Source: an uncultured Micavibrio sp.
GTDB lineage: Bacteria > Pseudomonadota > Alphaproteobacteria > Micavibrionales > UBA1664
Reading direction: 5' to 3'
Length of the DNA: 64,000 bases
Assembly (NCBI GenBank): GCA_964531715.1
Contig: CAZHEE010000005.1
Span: 21,365 to 85,364 of the forward strand
Part shown: in pieces, positions 38,701-46,480 of the stretch
How positions within the stretch are numbered: position 1 is the first letter of the stretch
Layout of the letters: every line of letters begins with the position of its first letter
Notes under the pieces: model-generated
Databases searched by the model: none
What the model was told of the DNA's origin: nothing
What the model saw: the letters and a program-made list of their open reading frames with translations, nothing else
Translations under genes and position numbers: made by a program

Positions 38701-39311
38701 GCGGATAGCTCCTTCAATCCTTGTTTAATCAATGTACCAAGGTCGGCATCATCGGTCAGATTTTGCTTCGCGCGGTTAATGGCTATCATGGCCTCGCTGC
38801 GACCATAGCCAAGATTGACGAGAGCAGAAAGAGCTTCGGCGATGTCATCATTATTATTATTCGGAAGAGCAATATCTCTTGTACCATGGGTGGCTGGTGA
38901 TAAATCGATATTTGCGGTTTTGCCTTTCAGTTCGGTAACTATGCGTGTAGCAAGCTTAGGTCCGACGCCATCGGCTTGGGAAAAGACCGCCTTATCCTGC
39001 GCGGCGATGGCGAGCGATAAATCATTCGGGCTTGCCACTGATAAAATGGCGAGCCCGACTTTTGCGCCGACCCCTTGAACCTTGGTCAGGATGGTGAACC
39101 ATTCCTGTTCCAACGCATCTGCAAATCCGTAAAGATGAATATGATCCTCACGCACATGGGTTTCGATGAGGACAGAAGTGCTATCGCCAATGTTCCCGAT
39201 TTTGCCTAGAGTTCGCGAACTGGCAAAGACGATGTAGCCAACGCCATGCACATCCAGCAATAGCCTGTTGGACTCTATCGCATCAATTTTACCTGTCAAT
39301 TTTCCGATCAT
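38697..39311 (-). CDS. ruvA: Holliday junction DNA helicase subunit RuvA
   Basis: MIGKLTGKIDAI...LLDVHGVGYIV, the HhH motifs VQGVGAKVGLAILS and ADGVGPKLATRIV, and the domain III motif LVNLGY. Confidence 0.95.
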   Translation of the reverse strand: MIGKLTGKIDAIESNRLLLDVHGVGYIVFASSRTLGKIGNIGDSTSVLIETHVREDHIHLYGFADALEQEWFTILTKVQGVGAKVGLAILSVASPNDLSLAIAAQDKAVFSQADGVGPKLATRIVTELKGKTANIDLSPATHGTRDIALPNNNNDDIAEALSALVNLGYGRSEAMIAINRAKQNLTDDADLGTLIKQGLKELSA

Positions 39312-39323
39312 TTCTGGTCTTTG

Positions 39324-39351
39324 GTTATTAGTTATTGGTTATTGGTTATTA
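39324..39351. repeat. Four tandem heptamers gttatt(a/g)
   Basis: gttatta gttattg gttattg gttatta, lying 13-40 nt upstream of the ruvA ATG. Confidence 0.8.
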
Positions 39352-39368
39352 GAGTAATATTATTCATT

Positions 39369-39863
39369 CTAATCACCAACCGCCAATGCCCAATTACTAA
39401 CACAATGATGCGCGTGGCAAATAGCAATGGCGAGCGCGTCTGCCGCATCGGCAGTTTTAAAGTCAGCCTTAGGCAATAATATTTTCACCATCATCTGAAT
39501 CTGTTTTTTATCCGCATGCCCTGCACCGACCACCGATTTCTTGATTTTATTGGCTGAGTACTCCGCAACTTCCAGACCCGCGCGGGCAGGAGCAAGGAAC
39601 GCCACCCCCCTTGCCATGCCAAGCTTTAAGGATGAAGAGCCGCTCTTATTAATGAATGTTTCCTCAATCGCGGATGTGTTTGGGTTATAAAGCGTGATGA
39701 CTTTCGCAAGTTCGCTGTCTATAACATTGAGCCGTTCCGTCATACTTGCTTTTGCATGGGGTTTGATAACGCCGCTGGCGATATAGCTTAGCACGCTGTC
39801 ACGCTTTTCAATAATGCCCCAGCCTGTATTATTCAATCCCGGGTCGATGCCAATTATTCTCAT
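39369..39863 (-). CDS. ruvC: Holliday junction resolvase RuvC
   Basis: MRIIGIDPGLNNTGWGII...EETF...ADALAIAICHA, carrying the catalytic D/E/D residues. Confidence 0.95.
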   Translation of the reverse strand: MRIIGIDPGLNNTGWGIIEKRDSVLSYIASGVIKPHAKASMTERLNVIDSELAKVITLYNPNTSAIEETFINKSGSSSLKLGMARGVAFLAPARAGLEVAEYSANKIKKSVVGAGHADKKQIQMMVKILLPKADFKTADAADALAIAICHAHHCVSNWALAVGD

Positions 39864-39885
39864 GAAAACGAGTGTAACGTGTTCT

Positions 39886-40644
39886 CTATTCGTTCGCCAT
39901 CATTTTTTCGGCGATGTCGTCCGATAAATCCATATTTGTAAACACAGCCTGAACATCATCGCTGTCTTCCAACGCATCAATTAGGCGCATATTCTTTTCA
40001 GCCGTGTCATAATCTACTTCGATAAGTGTTTGCGGTTTCCAGATTAAGCCAGATTTTTCGATTGATTTATACTTATCTTCCAAGGCTTTTTGAACCGCGC
40101 CGAAATCCTCCATTGCGGTGTATATTGTGTAATAGCCGCCTTCCTCAGTAATATCTTCCGCACCGGCTTCCAGTGCAAATTCGAAAACATCGTCAAAGCT
40201 TCCGACAGTGTTCGGCAAGATAACCTCGCCCACCTTATCAAATCCAAAGGCGACTGAGTTCGTCTCACCCAGATTGGCGTTTGATTTTGAGAAAAGCATG
40301 CGGATTTCGGCAACCGTACGATTACGGTTATCTGTTAAAGTTTCAACAATCACGGCAACGCCGCCATGACCATAGCCTTCATAGCGGATATCTTCATAAT
40401 CTGCCGAATCAGTCGCATTCGGATCGCCGACCTCGATCGCGCGGGCAATGCGATCATTGGGCATATTGGCCGCGCGTGCGGATGACATGGCAAGTCTGAG
40501 CCTCGGGTTCATGTCAGGATCTATACCGCCAAGCTTTGTCGCAACAGTAATTTCTTTCGCATGTTTGGCAAAAATCTTAGCGCGTTTTTTATCCTGCGCG
40601 CCTTTACGATGCTTAATATTTGCGAATTTTGAATGACCTGCCAT
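39886..40644 (-). CDS. yebC: YebC/PmpR-family transcriptional regulator
   Basis: MAGHSKFANIKHRKGAQDKKRAKIF...YEGYGHGGVA. Confidence 0.95.
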   Translation of the reverse strand: MAGHSKFANIKHRKGAQDKKRAKIFAKHAKEITVATKLGGIDPDMNPRLRLAMSSARAANMPNDRIARAIEVGDPNATDSADYEDIRYEGYGHGGVAVIVETLTDNRNRTVAEIRMLFSKSNANLGETNSVAFGFDKVGEVILPNTVGSFDDVFEFALEAGAEDITEEGGYYTIYTAMEDFGAVQKALEDKYKSIEKSGLIWKPQTLIEVDYDTAEKNMRLIDALEDSDDVQAVFTNMDLSDDIAEKMMANE

Positions 40645-40732
40645 ATTTCCAGTTTATCCTTGATATTGCTCACTGTTTTTCTTATAGCTTATAAAGCCGA
40701 AAATTTAATGAAGCAAGGTATCAAGTAATTTC

Positions 40733-41233
40733 ATGAGTTACAATTTTTCTAATGTAAAGGTTCTGGTTATTGAAGATAGCCAACCGATGACTGATATCAC
40801 TGTTGCTTTATTAAAAGGTTTTGGCTGTAACTTTGTACAAAGCGCAAATAATGCGGATAGGGGTTATGCCCTTTTTGTTGAGGAAAAACATGATCTTATT
40901 TTGGTTGATTGGTTGGTTAAACCAATTAATGGGTTAGAACTATCTAAAAAAATCAGGATGGATAGCTTGAGCCCTGACCCATTTGTGCCAATCGTCCTGA
41001 TGACAGGTTTTTCGGAAAGAAAGCGTGTTATGCAGGCGAGAGATACAGGCGTGACAGAATTTTTGGCCAAGCCTTTTACAGCCAATGATCTCTATAAAAA
41101 GATTGATCATATTATTATGAAACCACGCCAGTTTGTTAAAAGCCCTGACTTTTTTGGGCCTGATCGCAGGCGTAAAATTGTGGAGGATGAAAATCTACCG
41201 CAACGCCGTGCGGTTGATAAGGATAGCGATTAG
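40733..41233 (+). CDS. Single-domain CheY-like response regulator with a C-terminal FFGPDRRRK tail
   Basis: Receiver motifs VLVIEDS, LILVDW, LMTG and FLAKPF. Confidence 0.85.
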   Translation: MSYNFSNVKVLVIEDSQPMTDITVALLKGFGCNFVQSANNADRGYALFVEEKHDLILVDWLVKPINGLELSKKIRMDSLSPDPFVPIVLMTGFSERKRVMQARDTGVTEFLAKPFTANDLYKKIDHIIMKPRQFVKSPDFFGPDRRRKIVEDENLPQRRAVDKDSD

Positions 41234-41234
41234 G

Positions 41235-42044
41235 TTAAGTTTGCGACAATGGCCCCACACCATAACGTATAGGTTCAATTTTCTCCGCTAAACCACTCTT
41301 TTCATTGATAATTATGAGCGCGCCGCAAAGAATGGCTGCACCTTTGGCGGCTTCCATTTTGTCAAGCATGCGACCTTTTAAAAACCCTTGCATCGGCACT
41401 TTAAAATCCACGCCGATTGAGCCTTCATAGCATCCTGTCATACCGACATCGGATTGATAGGCTGTCCCTTGCGGCAAAATATGGTGGTCGGCGGTCGGCA
41501 CATGGGTATGCGTGCCGAGAACCGCACTCACACGCCCTTCAAGATAATGCCCCATGCAATATTTCTCAGATGTCGCCTCGGCATGAAAATCAACAATAAT
41601 CGCATCGCTATTGGTTTTAAGCTTCACATTCTCAAGAATTTTATCAATCGCCTTAAAAGGACAATCGAGAGTAGGGGAGACAAACACCCGCCCTATAATA
41701 TTAATGACAGTGATATAGCGACCTTTATGGTCTTTAAAGCTGTAAACGCCGCGCCCGGGCATATCAGGAAAGTTGGCGGGGCGAATCAGGCGCGGCTCAT
41801 CTTTCATGTAAGGGAGTATCTCACGCTTATCAAAGCTATGATCACCGCCTGTAATGCAATCGATATTCAGGTCGTTCAGCATCCAATCAGCGATTTTGGG
41901 ATTAATCCCCGCGCCATGGGCGGAATTCTCGCCGTTGACGATGACGGCATCCGGTTTCAGTTCATCCCGCGCAAGAGGTAAGTATTTTGCGAGCGCATCG
42001 CGCCCGACATCCCATGCCACATCACCGATAAATAATATTTTCAT
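41235..42044 (-). CDS. YmdB-family metallophosphoesterase (2',3'-cyclic-nucleotide phosphodiesterase-like)
   Basis: MKILFIGDV...VIVNGENSAHGAGI...GDH...VDFHAEATSEK...GTHTHVPTAD. The start is set at ATG 42044. Confidence 0.85.
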   Translation of the reverse strand: MKILFIGDVAWDVGRDALAKYLPLARDELKPDAVIVNGENSAHGAGINPKIADWMLNDLNIDCITGGDHSFDKREILPYMKDEPRLIRPANFPDMPGRGVYSFKDHKGRYITVINIIGRVFVSPTLDCPFKAIDKILENVKLKTNSDAIIVDFHAEATSEKYCMGHYLEGRVSAVLGTHTHVPTADHHILPQGTAYQSDVGMTGCYEGSIGVDFKVPMQGFLKGRMLDKMEAAKGAAILCGALIIINEKSGLAEKIEPIRYGVGPLSQT

Positions 42045-42057
42045 AGTGTCCAATCTT

Positions 42058-42200
42058 TCCCCCTCCCTTCAGGGAGGGGCGAGGGGAGGGTATCCTCTTA
42101 TCGTTACAATTTCAAATATCCTAAACCCTCACCCACTACAACTATAATTTTAATTCTTAAAAATTAAGTTTTGTTGCCCTCTCCCTCAAGGGAGAGGGGT
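42058..42200. repeat. Two related GC-rich hairpins (cccctccct..agggagggg and ccctctccc..gggagaggg) flanking an AT-rich spacer
   Basis: Read directly from the sequence. The second hairpin supplies the last codons (..TTTPLP*) of the upstream cyclo-ligase ORF. Confidence 0.7.
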
Positions 42201-42770
42201 GGTTGTAATGATTTGTTTTGGCGTAATAATCAAATTGAGCATCATGTCATGTTTATCAGCTGGGAGTGTTATACTGTAAACCTGCTCATCAAAACAAATT
42301 CCAATGAGAAGCGGTTTGTGTTTCAGGCTCGCAATATACCGGTCATAATAGCCCGCGCCATAGCCAAGCCGATTGCCTTTATTATCACAAAGCAGCAGCG
42401 GCATAAGAATAATATCAGGTATAACAGGGGCCAGATGATCCGTTTCAGGGTCTTTAATGCCAAATGCACCTTTTATGAGAGGTTGATCTTCGCGCCAAGG
42501 GTAATAAGCCATCTGATTCTTATTACGTATAACTGGCAAAGCGATTTGATAACCATCAAAAACACGAGGCGGTTTAATTTCAGTTCCTATCGGAGAATAA
42601 CTTCCGATAATCAATTCGTCATCTAAAGATTTGTTCTTGCAATCCAGCTCATTTAAAACTTTAAGAATATTTAGTTTTATATGTTGCTCATCACTTATGC
42701 GTTGCTCAACATTAATTTTCGCACGAATATCTTTGCCTTGCTGTCTAAAACTATTTTTTTTTATTCCCAT
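42186..42770 (-). CDS. 5-formyltetrahydrofolate cyclo-ligase
   Basis: C-terminal signature NRLGYGAGYYDRY; size about 190 aa. Confidence 0.8.
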   Translation of the reverse strand: MGIKKNSFRQQGKDIRAKINVEQRISDEQHIKLNILKVLNELDCKNKSLDDELIIGSYSPIGTEIKPPRVFDGYQIALPVIRNKNQMAYYPWREDQPLIKGAFGIKDPETDHLAPVIPDIILMPLLLCDNKGNRLGYGAGYYDRYIASLKHKPLLIGICFDEQVYSITLPADKHDMMLNLIITPKQIITTTPLP

Positions 42771-42861
42771 TTAAGCAATCTTAATAGCCGAATGATACAT
42801 AAGCAATATTGTATAAACAGTTTTATACTTTCAGCATTCGCAACAACCACAGTATAAGCTT

Positions 42862-42889
42862 GTAAAAAAAGGCCTCAAATGAGGCCTTT
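42862..42889 (-). terminator. Rho-independent terminator after the OmpA-family gene
   Basis: On the minus strand, aaaggcctc-attt-gaggccttt is followed by a T-run. It lies 25 nt after the stop. Confidence 0.7.
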
Positions 42890-42913
42890 AATTTTAAATT
42901 TCATATATCAGAT

Positions 42914-43813
42914 TTACTGAAACGTAATGACTGAGCGGCGGTTGGCCGGCTCGCGGATACCATCTTGTGTTTGAACAAGAAGATCATTCTCACCACGGCT
43001 TTCAGTTGTTATATTGCCGGCAGGAACACCCATGCTGACAAGTTCTGCCTTAACCGCTTCTGCACGGCGTTTTGCCAAACGTTGGTTATAAGCATCAGAG
43101 CCGGATGTATCTGTGTGGCCAACAACGGTTATGTTTTGTAAGTTACCGGATTGGATTTCACTGACAACAGTTTCAACAACGTTCGCTGCGCCTTGATTGA
43201 TTGATGAGCTGTCAAAGTCGAAGAAGACGAGATACATCGCATCCTGAACATTTAATGGTTCATTTGAGTCAATAACACTGACCGGTGCAGGGAAAGCTTC
43301 AGCAGAAGGCTGAGGTGCAGGGGCAGGCATCATACCGCCATCCAGCTCATCCAATAAAGCCATCAAATCATTTTTACAGGCAATCTGACCGTTTGTTTCC
43401 TCGGCTTCTTCTACCCAGCAATCATAGCGGGCTTGCGCCAAAGCGGCCTGGGACGGCATTGTTTCACGCGCACCGCGATCAAGCGCGGATACTAAGCGCA
43501 CATAAGCCGCGGAAAGCTCTTCTAACTCAGCCGCACTTAAATTCCAGTCTACGACAGGCTCGGGCATAACATTAATGCCTTTTGCACTGGCCAAACCTTT
43601 GCGTGCAAAATGAAGCGCATCGGCGTAATCACGCTCGCTATCCAGTTCATAATTCGCAAATGCGCGATATTCTTCTGTTAATTGCTGTGTAAAAGGAGAG
43701 CCTGTCGCACTTGCGGCGTTCAGTTTCTCAACCTCGTTATCGCCCTGAAAGGCTGAACAGGCGGCAAGGCCTGTGACAGTAGTGACGACCAGAATTGTTC
43801 TTAGAAAAGACAT
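42914..43813 (-). CDS. OmpA-family peptidoglycan-binding lipoprotein
   Basis: Lipobox LAACS and a C-terminal OmpA_C domain (FFDFDSS...VVGHTDTSGSDAYNQRLAKRRAEAV...NRRSVI). The start is at the ATG preceded by AAGGAGA. Confidence 0.85.
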   Translation of the reverse strand: MSFLRTILVVTTVTGLAACSAFQGDNEVEKLNAASATGSPFTQQLTEEYRAFANYELDSERDYADALHFARKGLASAKGINVMPEPVVDWNLSAAELEELSAAYVRLVSALDRGARETMPSQAALAQARYDCWVEEAEETNGQIACKNDLMALLDELDGGMMPAPAPQPSAEAFPAPVSVIDSNEPLNVQDAMYLVFFDFDSSSINQGAANVVETVVSEIQSGNLQNITVVGHTDTSGSDAYNQRLAKRRAEAVKAELVSMGVPAGNITTESRGENDLLVQTQDGIREPANRRSVITFQ

Positions 43814-43947
43814 GTATTTCTCCTTAATACTCATAAATTTGCATACTATTCTACATGAACGCTTTTAAGGGGCAAATAGTTTGTTGTAAAGCAATGAATT
43901 TATACACTTGACATTTTTACCTCTGAAAAACATACATATTAACAGTC

Positions 43948-45055
43948 ATGAAAGCCGAAACACAAAATAGTATCGATAAGATTGAGCAGTCCCTCGCATT
44001 GCTGAGGAGGCATCTTTGACTGGAACACAGCCCTTGACCGTTTGAGCGAGCTGAACACACTCGCCGAAGACCCTGATTTATGGAATGACCCTGACAAGGC
44101 GCAGATCTTAATGCGCGAGCGAACTAATCTTTCTGACCAAGTTGACCAAGTTCGTCATATTGAAACAACGCTTCAAGACTCCATTGATATGATTGCCCTT
44201 GCCGAGGAAGAAGGTGACGAAGCTGTTATCCGTGAATCCGAAATGACTTTACAGACGTTACAAGTTAAGGCAGCGCGGCTTGAGCTTGAAAGTCTGTTAT
44301 CGGGTGAAGTGGACGCAAATGATGCTTATTTGGAGGTGAATTCAGGCGCAGGGGGGACTGAGGCTTGCGACTGGGCACTCATGTTATTACGCATGTATAC
44401 GCGCTGGTCTGATTCGAAAGGCTATAAGATAGAGTTGCTTGACCAAAGTGATGGCGAGGAAGCAGGGATTAAATCCGCCACTATCCATATTAAAGGGCAT
44501 AATGCCTATGGATGGCTTAAAGGTGAGAATGGCGTGCATCGACTAGTGCGAATTTCGCCGTTTGATTCAAATGCCAGGCGGCATACGAGTTTTGCCTCTG
44601 TATCCGTTTCCCCTGTTATAGATGACACAATTAATATTGAAGTGGATGAGAAAGATTTACGAGTTGATACGTTCCGTTCAAGCGGGGCAGGGGGGCAGCA
44701 TGTGAACACGACCGATTCTGCGGTGCGCATCACACATGAGCCAAGCGGAATTGTCGTCTCCTGCCAAAATCAGCGTTCCCAACATCAAAACCGCGATGCG
44801 GCGATGAATATGCTGAAAGCAAAGCTTTACGAGCTTGAAATGCAAAAGCGGGAACAAGCCAAGGCCGAGGCTCATGGCGAGAAAACCGATATCGGCTGGG
44901 GGCATCAAATTCGCTCCTACGTTCTTCACCCCTACCAGATGATCAAGGATTTAAGAACAAGCGTTGAAACAAACCAGTCCGATAAAGTCCTGAATGGCGA
45001 TATTGATATGTTCCTCGAAGGCACGCTGGCTTACAAAGTTGGGCAGGAAAATTGA
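43948..45055 (+). CDS. prfB: Peptide chain release factor 2, made by a programmed +1 frameshift (43948..44016 joined to 44018..45055)
   Basis: Frame 0 reads MKAETQNSIDKIEQSLALLRRHL then TGA. The +1 frame continues DWNTALDRLSELNTLAEDPDLWND...SPF...GGQHVN. Confidence 0.95.
44005..44020 (+). promoter_or_regulatory. prfB +1 frameshift site
   Basis: The internal SD AGGAGG, a 3-nt spacer, then CTT TGA C. This matches the architecture of the E. coli site. Confidence 0.9.
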
Positions 45056-45114
45056 GGGCAAAACGCTCATCACCCTTGCCATGCTCTATAGGGGCGCAGT
45101 ATAAAGAAAGGGTT

Positions 45115-46392
45115 ATGCGATTCTTTTTCCCCTTTTTGGCTTTAGTCTTAATGATTTCAATGCTTTATGTGCCAATGCTAAAGGCGGATGAGGAGTATAT
45201 CTCTGTTATTGAGACGCCATGGGCGTTGCAACAATCCCGCGCTGGCCGCATCATCGCGAATAATGACTGCATGATAAGCGGTGTTTATGAAAGCGGTTTG
45301 GAGGTGTCTCTGATTGCCAAAGATGACCGTTCAGGCATAATTCGCTTTACAGATGTGCAAGATCGCGCGATGTTCAGCGGCTTTGTCAGCCTGATGGTTG
45401 GTCAGAAGCAGTATAAGCTTCAGGCGAAAGTGACACCGAACCGCGTTGACGCAATTTTGAATAATATTTCGAGCGTCAGCGATCTGATCGCAAGCGAGCA
45501 AAGCTTTAGCCTTATCATAGATGATAAAGTTTTTGAGTTTGAATCCGAAACATTTGTGGAGGCCAATGACGATTTTGCGGCTTGTCAAGACACGGGACGG
45601 CTTACGACACTTAAAATTGTGGATACGACACGCCCTGAATTGACCCCGATAGAGGCCGAAAAGCCAGCAGAGAAAATGTTAGAGACTATAAAGGTCGCCC
45701 CAATCAAAACGGTTGAGCCCCATCCTGAAACCGTTGATGAACCGATAGTTTTAATGCCATCCATTAAGCCTGCAGAAGATGCTATCATTGATACTATTCC
45801 TGAGCCGCCAGTCCATGCGCTTGAAAATATTGAAGCTTTAAAAAACGCTCAAACAGTCAAACAAGATAGCTATCAATGGGTTGCGGCGAAGGGCGAAAAG
45901 GCAAAAAAAGTTATTGAACGCTGGGCTAAAGATGCAGGTATGAAAACCGATATTTCGCTTGATGATACCATGGTTTTGACACAAGATTTCAGCAGTAACG
46001 ATGCCTTGGCGCTTGCCGTTCAAAATCTCTTGAAGCATGAATCTCTCGATAGCAACGCTTTTGTTGAACAGCCTCAAGATGCGGCAGAGCGCGAAGCAAA
46101 AGAGATTATACAGAATTTCCCAGTCACACCAGTCCGAAATTATGAAGTCTTGCGCGGCGGCAACCTTAAACCTGTTTTGCAACGCTGGAGCGTGCAGGAT
46201 AACATCCGCCTCATCTGGGATACGGATGAAACTTTTAACATCAAACAAACTGCAAAATTTACAGGCACTTATGCCGAGGCTATACAAAGCGTTCTAAATC
46301 AATTCAAGGATGATGATAAAAAGCCGATGGCTCAACTTAATCTCGACCCTGAGACAAAATCATGGTCTTTGATAGTTAAATCCCCCAAATAA
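45115..46392 (+). CDS. Secreted protein with two C-terminal TcpQ-like repeats
   Basis: The signal peptide is MRFFFPFLALVLMISMLYVPMLKA. The C-terminal repeats are YQWVAAKGEKAKKVIERWAKDAGMK... and YEVLRGGNLKPVLQRWSVQDNIRLIWD... . The start is set at ATG 45115. Confidence 0.6.
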   Translation: MRFFFPFLALVLMISMLYVPMLKADEEYISVIETPWALQQSRAGRIIANNDCMISGVYESGLEVSLIAKDDRSGIIRFTDVQDRAMFSGFVSLMVGQKQYKLQAKVTPNRVDAILNNISSVSDLIASEQSFSLIIDDKVFEFESETFVEANDDFAACQDTGRLTTLKIVDTTRPELTPIEAEKPAEKMLETIKVAPIKTVEPHPETVDEPIVLMPSIKPAEDAIIDTIPEPPVHALENIEALKNAQTVKQDSYQWVAAKGEKAKKVIERWAKDAGMKTDISLDDTMVLTQDFSSNDALALAVQNLLKHESLDSNAFVEQPQDAAEREAKEIIQNFPVTPVRNYEVLRGGNLKPVLQRWSVQDNIRLIWDTDETFNIKQTAKFTGTYAEAIQSVLNQFKDDDKKPMAQLNLDPETKSWSLIVKSPK

Positions 46393-46480
46393 AACTGGTT
46401 GATAAAAAATCCTTTGAACTCATGGCTTAAAGCCTTTAAACTACAGCTAAATTAAAGAGTTTATAGAGAAAATCTTACCC

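Noticed and set aside
39324-39351. An SOS (LexA) box upstream of ruvA
   Set aside because: The heptamer period does not match the alphaproteobacterial GTTC-N7-GTTC direct repeat, and no GAAC/GTTC pair with 7-nt spacing is present.
42171-42626. A 151-aa + strand ORF starting in the GC-rich hairpin
   Set aside because: It is antisense to the 5-formyl-THF cyclo-ligase gene, which carries the GYGAGYYDRY signature. Its N-terminus is the translated repeat (PSPSRERGG).
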